Positions 10,844 through 19,909 of a DNA stretch of 64,000 nucleotides are shown piece after piece (within the stretch, counting starts at the first letter, position 1; each line of letters starts with the position of its first letter). The position numbers were made by a program, and so were the translations under genes. The notes beneath the pieces are model-generated. The model saw nothing but the letters and a program-made list of their open reading frames with translations, was not told the DNA's origin and searched no databases. This DNA is from Vulcanimicrobiota bacterium. GTDB taxonomy: Bacteria > Vulcanimicrobiota > Vulcanimicrobiia > Vulcanimicrobiales > Vulcanimicrobiaceae. Location: assembly GCA_963820825.1 (NCBI GenBank), contig CAWGBN010000002.1, positions 1-64,000 of the forward strand. Direction: 5' to 3'.

Positions 10844-11590
10844 TCACATCAAAAAACCGCCATCGACGACGATGGTTTGGCCGGTCACGTACCGCGCTGC
10901 TTCCGAGCAAAGGAACGTCACCACTCCGCTGACGTCGTCAACGGCTTCCCGGCTCGTCCGAGCGGCATACTCGCCAAGTACGCGGTGCGGGCCTCGTCGG
11001 GCATAGACTCGGTCATGGCAGTCTCGATGAAGCCCGGTGCGACGGCGTTGACTCTTATATTCCGCGACCCCAATTCCTTTGCTACCGACTTTGCCAAGCC
11101 GAGCAGGCCGGCCTTGGCTGCGGCGTATGCGGCCTGACCCGCGTTGCCGCAAGCCCGACGATGCTCTCATCAGGACGATCGAGCCGCCGGCGGCTCATCA
11201 TCGGCTGTGCGACGGCGCTGACGAGATAGAACGCCGACTTGAGATTGACGTCGAGCATGACGATCGAGTGCTCGGGCTTTGAGCCGAACAACAGCCCGTC
11301 TCCGACTTGGCCGGCGTTGGCGATTGCGAAGTCGATCCGCCCGAAGCGCTCCAACGCCGCGCCGGTCTGCGTTGACCGCCGCTTCGATCGCTCACGTCGC
11401 CTTCGAAGACGTGTGCGACGCACACTCGGCCGACGTTTGCGCCGGCAGGCAGCGCTCTCGTCGAGCGCGCTCACGTTCGTCCGACGAGCGCGACGTCGGC
11501 GCCGTGACGCGCGAGCTCGACCGCGATCGCTTTGCCGATACCACGACTGGCGCCGGTGATGAGTGCGTCTTTCCCGTGAAGAACGCTCCC
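10844..11590 (-). CDS. fabG: 3-oxoacyl-ACP reductase (apparent frameshifts)
   Basis: [22 protein letters not shown] (split frame), [12 protein letters not shown]; start approximate. Confidence 0.85.
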
Positions 11591-12529
11591 TCGACTGCGC
11601 CTTCGATCGTGCACGCAGGCGTTCCACGCCGGCTTCGTGACGGTCACTCCGCCGCGGTCTCGCTGCGCACGTTCGGCATTCGCCGAACGAGCGGGATCAG
11701 GACGCCGCTCGCGCCGAACTCGACGACGATGTCGGGATCGTCGGTGAGGATTCGTTCCGCCGTGTCGTGCCAGCGACTTCGTCGTCACCGAACGATTAGA
11801 TTGCGCTTGATCGTCTCGGGTCGCGATAGGGACGCCCGTCGACGTTCGATATCACGACGATCGGCGGCAGCGAAAAGCGGCTCGCTTCGACCGCCGGACG
11901 AACGCGTGCGCGCGCGGGTTCCATGAGCACGCTATGCCACGCGCCCGAGACGTTGAGCGGCACGACGCGCTTGGCGCCGGCTTCGAGCATCGCCTGGCCC
12001 GCACTCTGAACCGCATCGAGCTCGCCGCTGATTACGATCTGCGTCGGCGAGTTGAAGTTCGCCAGTCGCGACGCGGCCGCGATCTTGCATGGCGTCGAGC
12101 ACCTGGCGAACTTGCACCGCTTCGAGACCGAGGATCGCCGACATTCCGCCGCGAGCGCGCTGCGCCGCCGCCTGCATCGCCTGACCGCGCTCGCTGACGA
12201 TGTGCAACGCATCTTCGAACGAAAGCGACCCCGCGACGACGAGGCTGCACAGCTCGGCAAAGGAGTGGCCGGCGGTGACGACCGGCGTGAAGCCTTCGCA
12301 ACGGCGACAATACAGCGCGAGATTCGTCGTGAAGATCGCCGGCTGGCTAAACTCGGTCTCGCGCAGCCGTTCTTCCGGACCTTCGCGCTGCAGAGCGAGC
12401 AGATCGTATCCGAGTACTCGCCTCCGCCCGATCGAAGAGTCTCGCTGCGGCGGGCGCGCTTGCGGCAACGTCGCTGCCCATGCCGACCATTGCGAGCCCT
12501 GACCGGGGAATGACGACGGCAACGCGCAC
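11590..12529 (-). CDS. fabD: malonyl-CoA:ACP transacylase (apparent frameshifts)
   Basis: FPGQGSQ, SQPAI, AGHSF, ANFNSPTQIVISG, VSGAWHS; 3' end approximate. Confidence 0.88.
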
Positions 12530-13517
12530 TACGCGGCCCAGCGCCAGGCGACGGCGCCCCACGAGAGACCTGCACCGAACGCAACGAAGATAATGAGATC
12601 CTCGGGCTTGATCAGGCCGGCGCGCACCGTCTCGGAGAGCGCGATCGGAATCGACGCTGCCGAGGTGTTGCCGTATTCGGCGATGTTGACGACGACTTTC
12701 TCTTCGGGCAGATCGAGGTATCGCGCCGTCGCGTCGATGATCCGCCGATTCGCCTGATGCGGAACCAGAAAGGTAACGTCGCTCTTGTTCAGCCCGGCCT
12801 TCTGCAGCACGGTCTCGGTCGCTTCGACCATTCGCTGAACGGCCAGCTTGAACGTTTCGCGACCCTGCATGTGGATGAGATGGACCTTTGCGTCGAGCGC
12901 GGCGTGGTCGAGCGGCCGTCGCGCGCCGCTGCCCTGCGCGTAGAGCAGCTCGGGCCGGCTTGCATCGGCGCCCAAAGCCGAGGCGAGAAAGCTGTCTTCG
13001 GAGTTCTGCTCGAGGATGACGGCGCCTGCGCCGTCGCCGAAGAGGATCGCCGTCGCGCGGTCTTCCTTGTCGAGAATTTTCGAGAGCGTCTCCGCGCCGA
13101 TGAGCATGATGCGCCGGTAGACACCCGAGCGAATCATACCCGACGCGACCGTAAGCCCATAAATGAATCCGCTGCACGCGATTCCGATGTCGAAGGCGGG
13201 CTTCTCCGTGACGCCGAGCTTCGAGGCGACGAGACACGCCGTCGCCGGAAAATATAATCCGGCGTGACGGTCGCGACGATGAAGCAATCGATTTCCTGCG
13301 GTTGCAATCCGGCGTGCACGAGGGCGGCGCTGCCGGCGGCCGTTGCCAAATCGCTCGTCGCTTCCTCTTCGGAGGTCCAGTGACGGCGCTTCATTCCGGT
13401 GCGAGTCGTGATCCAGTCGTCGGTCGTATCCAACCACGCCTCAAGGTCGTGGTTGCTGACGATGCGTGGAGGCGCGTAATGGCCGACGCCGACGATCTTC
13501 ACGCCAGAAGAGAGCAC
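12529..13517 (-). CDS. fabH: beta-ketoacyl-ACP synthase III (one apparent frameshift near 13250)
   Basis: WITTRTG, ACSGF, LFGDGAGA, PHQAN, GNTSAAS, FGAGLSWG. Confidence 0.93.
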
Positions 13518-13520
13518 GAA

Positions 13521-13715
13521 CTAACCGGCCGGCTCTTCTTGCATCTTGACGACTTGACGTCCCTTATAAGTGCCACAGGTCGCGCAGGCAAAATGCGGCC
13601 GCTTGGGTTGATGGCATTGCGAGCAGAGGACGGTCGTGACGTCTCCCAGCTTCCAGTTGGCCGCTCGACGGCTCCGAGTCTTACTCCGAGGCGTCTTCCA
13701 TTTTAAGTTGGCCAC
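13521..13715 (-). CDS. rpmF: 50S ribosomal protein L32
   Basis: basic N-terminus, CxxC...PH..CxxCG.Y.GR; yceD-rpmF-fab synteny. Confidence 0.92.
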   Translation of the reverse strand: MANLKWKTPRSKTRSRRAANWKLGDVTTVLCSQCHQPKRPHFACATCGTYKGRQVVKMQEEPAG

Positions 13716-13736
13716 ATTCTTCTCCGTTTCGAAAGA

Positions 13737-14198
13737 TTACGCAGATTCGCACGAGCATTCGCCCGCATTCCGATTCGCCCCGCACGAGGGGCAGAGGCCC
13801 CGGCATTCGGTGCTGCATCGCAGCCCCATCGGCAGCGCGCTCAAGACGCTCTGCTGCGCCAGGTCGGCGACGTCGAGCCGCTCACCGGTCAAGACGTTGC
13901 TCTCGCCTAACGGTTCGACGTCCCGCCCGTGGGCCGGATCGAGCCGCTCGTCGACCTCCACGTGCATTTGCAGGTCGACGTCCTCCAGACAGGCGTCGCA
14001 CTGGCCGTGGACCCGGCCGTCCACGCTGCCTTCGACGGCGAGCATCCGGTCGGCCTGATGCAGTTCGAGCTTGACCCGTACGGGCTGGGGAAAAACGAGA
14101 CCCTCGAACGGCTCGAGGGGCACTTCATCTTCAACCACCATCAGCTGGCGGCTGCCCGCGAGAAGCCCGCTGACGTCAACCCTGTGCGAACGATCCAT
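13737..14198 (-). CDS. DUF177/YceD family protein
   Basis: CDACLE and LPM..RC...CRGLCPSCG.N.N...CSC. Confidence 0.9.
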   Translation of the reverse strand: MDRSHRVDVSGLLAGSRQLMVVEDEVPLEPFEGLVFPQPVRVKLELHQADRMLAVEGSVDGRVHGQCDACLEDVDLQMHVEVDERLDPAHGRDVEPLGESNVLTGERLDVADLAQQSVLSALPMGLRCSTECRGLCPSCGANRNAGECSCESA

Positions 14199-14261
14199 AA
14201 AAGCCACGGCTCCGCAGCACGAGGCCCCGCCTACCAGGCAGGGCCGCCACGGACTTTTGCC

Positions 14262-14291
14262 ATTCTAGAACCCGCCGCCGCGCCTTGTCAA
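14262..14291 (-). promoter_or_regulatory. sigma70-type promoter for the yceD-rpmF-fab operon
   Basis: TTGACA-N18-TAGAAT on the minus strand. Confidence 0.65.
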
Positions 14292-14321
14292 ACACGCCCG
14301 ACCGGGGGATAGAAGGCTGCC

Positions 14322-14969
14322 ATGAGCATCGATCCAACCGCCTCGCGCCTCGCCGGACAAGGCGTCGCATTTGCCCCGCAAATCGCCAATGCCGCGCGGC
14401 GCTACGGTCTCGATCCCGGCCTCCTGGCGGCGGTCGCCGCACAAGAGACGGGCGGACCCGATACCAACGCCGGGCACAACGTTGTGGGCGACGGCGGCCA
14501 TGGCCACGGCATCTTCCAAATCGACGACCGGTGGCATCCGTTCGCCTCGACCGCCGGGGCTATGGATCCGGCTCAGAATGCCGACTATGCGGCCGGAATG
14601 ATCTCCGGCCTCGTCAAGCGCTACGGCGGCAACCTGCACGAGGCGCTCTCCGCCTATAACGCCGGGTCGCCGTCGGCGACGGGAACGAAGACGCGCTGGT
14701 CGGACGGCAGCGAGCTCGGATACGCGGACTCGGTGCTGCGGCATTACGACCGGCTGACCGGCGAGTCGCCGCAATCCTCGGCGATCGCCGAGTCGAGCGC
14801 GACGGTCGCAAGCGTCGGCGCGCTGGAATCCCGCGCGCAGAGCCTGCCGCCGATGCCGGCGATTCCGCCGCCCATCGCGATGATGATGGCGCCGCACCCC
14901 GCTCGCACCTTCCACGAGCAAACGACGGACTACGTCGCCTTGTTCGACAACGACGACAAGAACTCATAA
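14322..14969 (+). CDS. lytic transglycosylase (SLT/goose-lysozyme-like domain) with unique C-terminal tail; no signal peptide
   Basis: AARRYGLDPGLLAAVAAQET (catalytic Glu), GIFQI, DPAQN, ALSAYNAG, YADSV. Confidence 0.88.
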   Translation: MSIDPTASRLAGQGVAFAPQIANAARRYGLDPGLLAAVAAQETGGPDTNAGHNVVGDGGHGHGIFQIDDRWHPFASTAGAMDPAQNADYAAGMISGLVKRYGGNLHEALSAYNAGSPSATGTKTRWSDGSELGYADSVLRHYDRLTGESPQSSAIAESSATVASVGALESRAQSLPPMPAIPPPIAMMMAPHPARTFHEQTTDYVALFDNDDKNS

Positions 14970-14983
14970 AGGAGAAAGCAGAC

Positions 14984-15289
14984 GTGTCATTCTTGCCTTC
15001 AATCGAGGGAGCGCTCTCGGCAAAGCCGCTCGCCGGCGCGATCGCCGGCACGGTGAGCGGCGCGCTCGAATCGCCCAAGACGGGTGCAGCGCTTTCGAGC
15101 GCGCTCGGCGGCTCGTTGCAGAACTCGGCAATTGCCGAGGTCGGGAATCTGATCTCATCGCTCGGCACGCTCTCGGCACAAGCGCAGAGTCTGCCGCTCA
15201 GCCCGCCGAGCCTACCGGGCTTGCCGCAGAGTCAGAGCTACAAGCCGCAATCGACCGATTATACGCAGTTCAGCGACGACTCGAACTGA
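14984..15289 (+). CDS. small hypothetical protein sharing its C-terminal tail with the upstream transglycosylase
   Basis: AAAGGAG RBS; SAIAE...AQSLP...QSTDY matches the SLT tail. Confidence 0.8.
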   Translation: MSFLPSIEGALSAKPLAGAIAGTVSGALESPKTGAALSSALGGSLQNSAIAEVGNLISSLGTLSAQAQSLPLSPPSLPGLPQSQSYKPQSTDYTQFSDDSN

Positions 15290-15316
15290 TCGTCACCCAT
15301 TAAAGGAGCAACGAAC

Positions 15317-15649
15317 ATGGCATTCCTGCTTCCAGTCCTCGAAGGTCTTGGCTCGGGCCTGCTCGGCAACGCGATCGGCGGCGCGCTCGGATCGGGCACC
15401 GCCGGCAACGCCGAGAACTCCGCAATGAACGCGCTGAACACGCAAGACGAAACCTTTCAGCTCGGAATGTACGCTTCGGAAGTTCAGAACCAAGAACAGC
15501 TTCAGATGCAATCGGAAGTCTTCGATCAGATGATGGACGAGCGCAGCGAGAATATGCGCGAGGTCGACACCCTTCGCAACGTCGATATGGCGCAGCGCAA
15601 GATGGATGACTCCATCACCAAGAAGTTCATCCAATCGATCACTGAATGA
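15317..15649 (+). CDS. small helical protein, Hrp-pilin/T3SS-filament-like (tentative)
   Basis: strong AAAGGAG RBS; Gly-rich N-terminus, Q/M/E-rich helical C-terminus ending DDSITKKFIQSI. Confidence 0.7.
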   Translation: MAFLLPVLEGLGSGLLGNAIGGALGSGTAGNAENSAMNALNTQDETFQLGMYASEVQNQEQLQMQSEVFDQMMDERSENMREVDTLRNVDMAQRKMDDSITKKFIQSITE

Positions 15650-15909
15650 CGAGCGCGGCGCTTCCTCCGCTTCGCAACGAACGCACGGCCGCGGCGCGCG
15701 GTACCCACTCCGCGCCTCGCGGCAGCTCCGCCTCGCCCGACCTAAATCCCGACGACCAAACGACGATCGCCGCGCAGCGCGGCGCCTTCGACTACGAAGC
15801 CGCCGAACGGGCCGAAATCGAGCGCGAACACGAAGCGCTCGAAGCACTGTTGATGGCCTTCCTCAAAAATGAGGACGAGATCATGAAGAAGTGGATCTCG
15901 CTGATTTAG
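15646..15909 (+). CDS. small helical protein, paralogue of the preceding gene
   Basis: ATGA overlap; last 40 aa align ungapped to the preceding protein. Confidence 0.75.
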   Translation: MTSAALPPLRNERTAAARGTHSAPRGSSASPDLNPDDQTTIAAQRGAFDYEAAERAEIEREHEALEALLMAFLKNEDEIMKKWISLI

Positions 15910-15928
15910 AGCTCCCGACGCTCAGGCG

Positions 15929-16354
15929 TTAGTGCCTACACTCGTCATTGGTAACGTTAAAATACGCTTTCCCGACCAGCCGATCGGCACCGTTGTAGGC
16001 ATACATCACCACCGAGGCGGTCCCGCATTTTCGATCGGGATAGATTTTGAATTCGTTGAGCTTGACTTTAGCAAACTTGCAGAAAGGCTGGCACGGTTTG
16101 GGGCCCCAAGACTCCTCGTAAACCCCGGGTCCCGAGGAACTTACGGCGACATATTTCGTCTTCTTCAGAATAACCGGACAAGGATGAACCAGAACGCCAT
16201 GAGTGCCAGTGCAGTCAGGGTGCTTGGCCTCCCGAATCGCCCAACGAGCCTCAGCGGGAACGACGCCCGCGGTCGGGTTCCCGGACTGGCCGCTCGCTCC
16301 GCAACCGACCAATAGTGAGGTCCCGAGCGCGAAGGCAACTGATAAACGCAGCAT
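15929..16354 (-). CDS. orphan Cys-rich lipoprotein
   Basis: lipobox LVGC, AAAGGAG RBS, visibly lower GC than the flanks. Confidence 0.75.
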   Translation of the reverse strand: MLRLSVAFALGTSLLVGCGASGQSGNPTAGVVPAEARWAIREAKHPDCTGTHGVLVHPCPVILKKTKYVAVSSSGPGVYEESWGPKPCQPFCKFAKVKLNEFKIYPDRKCGTASVVMYAYNGADRLVGKAYFNVTNDECRH

Positions 16355-16445
16355 GGCCGAAATTTCTCCTTTTCAGAAGCGCAGCAGGGTGCAGGGACAA
16401 GACCGGCTTTATATCTTCGTGAAGCTGCTCTCGAACTCTGCCATC

Positions 16446-16466
16446 AAGTGGATTTCGCTCATTTGA
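16446..16466 (+). repeat. second, diverged copy of the last seven codons (KWISLI*) of the 15646-15909 gene
   Basis: AAGTGGATTTCGCTCATTTGA versus AAGTGGATCTCGCTGATTTAG at 15889-15909. Confidence 0.75.
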
Positions 16467-16485
16467 AGCCGTACAATGGGCCTCT

Positions 16486-17298
16486 ATGCAGCGGGAGGTC
16501 ACGCGCGGATTCGCCGACGTCAACGGTACCCGGCTCTACTACGAAGAGACGGGTCACGGAATTCCCGTGGTGCTTATACACGGGCTCTGCTTGAGCTCGC
16601 GCATGTGGGACGAACAAGTCGACTGCCTGGCGCAACGGTTTCGGGTCATTCGATACGACGTTCGCGGGTTCGGCAGATCGGACGTGCCCACCGACGAACC
16701 CTTTCGTCACGCCGACGACCTGCGAGCGTTACTCGACCACCTTGATGCGCCGACGGCACACGTCGTCGGCCTTTCGATGGGTGGACGAGTAGCGCTCCAT
16801 CATGCGCTCATCTATCCAGAGGCTACCCGCACGCTCGTTCTCGTCGACTCCGCTCTCGACGGCTTCGAATGGAGCGATCGCTGGGAGGCATCTCTCGACG
16901 CCATCGCGGCGCGCGCTCGCAGCGACGGCGCGACAGCGGCAAATCGGATGTGGGTGGAGCACGAGCTCTTTGCGCCGGCGCGCGAGCGTCCGTTCTGTTA
17001 TTCCAAGTTGGCCGAGATTGTCGGCAACGATTCGGGATGGGTCTGGCTGAACGCCAGCCCAGCTAAAGGCATCGATCCACCGGCTCGCGCGCGTCTAGGC
17101 GAGGTCCGCGCACCGGCGCTCGTAATCGTCGGCGAGCGAGATCTCGACGATTTCCAAAGCATCGCGGGCATACTCGCCGACGGAATACCAAACGCGAGAA
17201 AGGTCACCATGGCCGGTGCCGGTCACATGAGCAACATGGAGGAACCCGCGGAGTTCAACGATCTGCTGATGGAGTTCTTGACCGCCCACTCGCATTGA
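16486..17298 (+). CDS. alpha/beta fold hydrolase
   Basis: LIHG, DVRGFGRS, GLSMGG, GERD, AGHM. Confidence 0.92.
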   Translation: MQREVTRGFADVNGTRLYYEETGHGIPVVLIHGLCLSSRMWDEQVDCLAQRFRVIRYDVRGFGRSDVPTDEPFRHADDLRALLDHLDAPTAHVVGLSMGGRVALHHALIYPEATRTLVLVDSALDGFEWSDRWEASLDAIAARARSDGATAANRMWVEHELFAPARERPFCYSKLAEIVGNDSGWVWLNASPAKGIDPPARARLGEVRAPALVIVGERDLDDFQSIAGILADGIPNARKVTMAGAGHMSNMEEPAEFNDLLMEFLTAHSH

Positions 17299-17369
17299 CC
17301 GGGTCTGCCGCATCAACGCCGGCGGCAGGCGTCGACAGCGACCGCCTCGTATACTGCTTCCCGCATTTC

Positions 17370-17443
17370 GGGCCGTTAGCTCAGCTGGTTAGAGCGCATG
17401 CTTGATAAGCATGAGGTCCCTGGTTCGATCCCAGGACGGCCCA
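17370..17443 (+). tRNA. tRNA-Ile(GAT)
   Basis: cloverleaf GGGCCGT...ACGGCCC-A, anticodon arm CATGC-TTGATAA-GCATG, GGTTCGATCC T-arm; CCA not encoded. Confidence 0.96.
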
Positions 17444-17529
17444 GATACGCAGCAGATCGGAGGGACTACTCAAATGGGGAGCTTTGCTCGCTCACGGCTT
17501 TTCTTTAGCGTCGCTGTTATTTCGGCCGT

Positions 17530-18543
17530 ATGAATGCGCAACAGCGTCCCTTCTACGTTACCGGCGGCAAGCAGAAGCCCGTCGGTCCGACGCCCCGTGA
17601 AGAATGGGATCTCTACGAGGAGGGCATCATTCTGCGCGTCGACCCCGAGCTCGACTCGGTAGAGCGATGCGTCGAATATGTGACACCCGAAGCATTTAGC
17701 CCCGAAAGCGAGACTTCGATCAGCTTCGAAAATGGGGAACTGAAAGGGAATTCTCTTTACGTCTGTACGCGCACGGAGGCGTTAGTCTATCGGGTTCCCC
17801 AATTCGAACTGCTGGAACGCGTCTCTCTGCCGTGCTTCAACGACGTCCACCACGTACGGTCGACTGAGGAAGGGAATCTCCTCGTGGCGAGCACCGGCCT
17901 CGACATGGTGATAGAGACAACGCTAGAGGGCAGGGTGCTGCGAGAGTGGGACGTCCTCGGTGGAACGCCATGGACGCGTTTCTCGCCCAACGTCGACTAC
18001 CGGAGAGTGCCGACCACCAAACCGCACCGCTCGCATCCCAACTACACCTTCTTCCTTGACGGCGAGCCTTGGGTCACGCGCAGCCAGCAAGCGGATGCGA
18101 TCTCTCTCACGGATCCGAGCCGGCGTATTACGGTTGCTGATAATCCAGGCTGCCACGACGGCGAAGTTTACCGCGGCAACGTCTACTTCACGACCGTCAA
18201 CGGAACCGTCGTGGTCGTTAATGCCCAAACGCTGAAGACCGAGATGGTCGTCGACCTCAATAAGATCGACAACCCCCTGGGCTCGCTTTTGGGCTGGTGC
18301 AGCGGTCTATGGATCGTTGATGAATCTCACGTGTGGGTCGGCTTCACGCGACTTCGGAGTACCCGCTTTATCGAGAACCTGTGGTGGGTCCGCCGCTTGA
18401 TCCAGCAGGGCGAAAAGGCCAGCCACGTCGCGCTCTATGACATTTCAGCCGGCAGGCTTCTTGCCGAGGTAAACCTCGAGCCGCACGGGATCAACATGGT
18501 CTGCGGAATCTTCCCCGCAGACACGGCCGGCGCAACGTTGTAG
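17530..18543 (+). CDS. hypothetical cytoplasmic beta-propeller-like protein
   Basis: long ORF with repeated beta-strand blocks (NDVHHV, HPNY, CHDG); no signal peptide. Confidence 0.7.
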   Translation: MNAQQRPFYVTGGKQKPVGPTPREEWDLYEEGIILRVDPELDSVERCVEYVTPEAFSPESETSISFENGELKGNSLYVCTRTEALVYRVPQFELLERVSLPCFNDVHHVRSTEEGNLLVASTGLDMVIETTLEGRVLREWDVLGGTPWTRFSPNVDYRRVPTTKPHRSHPNYTFFLDGEPWVTRSQQADAISLTDPSRRITVADNPGCHDGEVYRGNVYFTTVNGTVVVVNAQTLKTEMVVDLNKIDNPLGSLLGWCSGLWIVDESHVWVGFTRLRSTRFIENLWWVRRLIQQGEKASHVALYDISAGRLLAEVNLEPHGINMVCGIFPADTAGATL

Positions 18544-18683
18544 ACCAGCGCAATCCACGGCACACGCGGCGTCTTTGGCTGGCTTCCTTCGTGGAGAATA
18601 GACATTACGCTCGCTTTTGCCTCCGCTCGCATGTGGCGCAGTGCTATGATGCATGCAAACCTTTCTCTCACCCGGGGGGAACT

Positions 18684-19703
18684 ATGCGCGGATACCAGCC
18701 TGTACCAGCAGTCCTAAGCCTCGTGGGCATTCTTGCGGGCTGCGCCGGCAGCGGCTCCCAGTGGCAGCCGTCCGTCGCCGCGCCCGGCGGCCTTCCCGCC
18801 ACGCATGCATCGGTGCAGGGCTCCTGGATTCTTCCCGAGGCAAAGAAAAACGATCTGCTCTACATCTCCGATCTCATCGGCCAAGTCGTCGACATTTACA
18901 CGTATCGCGGCCATAAGCTCGTCGGTATGTTGACCGGCTTTTTCAACCCGGAGGGGCTCTGCGCCGATAAGGCGGGCGATGTGTACGTCACCAACGACAC
19001 GAGCGACGGCGTTCACCAAATCAGCGAGTACGCCCACGGCAGCACGACGGTTCTCCGCACGCTCAACGATCCCGATGGCCGGGTGAACGGCTGTTCGGTC
19101 GATCCCAAGACGGGCAACCTTGCGGTCACGAATTTCTGGGGCGCGACCGACAGACAGGGCAACGTCGCGGTCTACGCGCACGCGAGCGGTTCCCCGACGA
19201 TCTACTCCAATCCGAACATTTATTACTACTACTACTGCAGCTACGACAATCGCGGAAATCTCTACGCAGACGGCGAGACGTACGGCAGCGTCTTCGGGCT
19301 CGGCGAGCTCCCCAAAGGCGGTAAAAAACTCAAGTTCATCACCATCGATCAAACGATCTACTTACCCGGCGGCGTTCAATGGGACGGAAAGTACCTTGCC
19401 GTCGGCGATCAGGTGGCCGTCAAGCACGGCTTCACGAGTACGGTCTACGATTTTGCCATCAGCAAACATACGGCGACGACGGTCAACACGATGGTTCTGA
19501 CCGGTTCGAGTGAGGTCGCTCAGTTTTGGATCCCGTTCGTCGACACCGGCGGCAGGCACGGGGAGGGCAAGCTGCTTATCGGTCCCAACCAAAACGGTGC
19601 CGACACGTTGATCTGGGACTATCCAACCGGCGGCAATCCGATCCAGACGATCTCCGGCGAGACCGACCCGATCGGCGCGACGGTGAGTCTCGCTCCGAAG
19701 TAG
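18684..19703 (+). CDS. beta-propeller (NHL/SMP-30-like) lipoprotein
   Basis: lipobox LAGC; LLYISD, GLCADKAGDVYVTN, GCSVDPKTGNLAVTN, GGVQWDGKYLAVGD. Confidence 0.85.
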   Translation: MRGYQPVPAVLSLVGILAGCAGSGSQWQPSVAAPGGLPATHASVQGSWILPEAKKNDLLYISDLIGQVVDIYTYRGHKLVGMLTGFFNPEGLCADKAGDVYVTNDTSDGVHQISEYAHGSTTVLRTLNDPDGRVNGCSVDPKTGNLAVTNFWGATDRQGNVAVYAHASGSPTIYSNPNIYYYYYCSYDNRGNLYADGETYGSVFGLGELPKGGKKLKFITIDQTIYLPGGVQWDGKYLAVGDQVAVKHGFTSTVYDFAISKHTATTVNTMVLTGSSEVAQFWIPFVDTGGRHGEGKLLIGPNQNGADTLIWDYPTGGNPIQTISGETDPIGATVSLAPK

Positions 19704-19705
19704 CC

Positions 19706-19909
19706 CTACCTCAGGCTCGTGCTGGTGCTCGTGCTCGTGCTCGTACTCGTGCTAAAGCCGCCGGCATCTGGAGCGAACTCGCACGAACCGCTCCAATGCG
19801 TCGTCTGACAGGCCCGCTGCAAGAATACGCTCACTGATTGGCTCGGGTTCCCCAATAGTATTACGATTGTTGCGACGATAATCAGAACGAGAGCAGTAGC
19901 ACCTTTCAT
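19706..19909 (-). CDS. possible small secreted peptide with Ser/Thr tail
   Basis: MKGATALVLIIVATIVILLG hydrophobic leader, two Cys, (ST)n tail. Confidence 0.35.
   Translation of the reverse strand: MKGATALVLIIVATIVILLGNPSQSVSVFLQRACQTTHWSGSCEFAPDAGGFSTSTSTSTSTSTSLR
19716..19753. repeat. hexamer tandem repeat (CTCGTG), about six copies
   Basis: ctcgtgctggtgctcgtgctcgtgctcgtactcgtgct. Confidence 0.8.

Noticed and set aside
8934..13300. Many frameshifts in rpsP, ffh, fabG, fabD and fabH, read as pseudogenes or programmed frameshifting
   Set aside because: The genes are essential, the indels cluster in one 4-kb stretch and the flanks are clean. This fits low-coverage long-read consensus error.
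14266..14292. GAACC...GTCAAA as an ECF/hrp-box promoter for the SLT cassette
   Set aside because: The spacing is about 2 nt short, and the same bases are better explained as the minus-strand TTGACA/TAGAAT promoter of yceD-rpmF.
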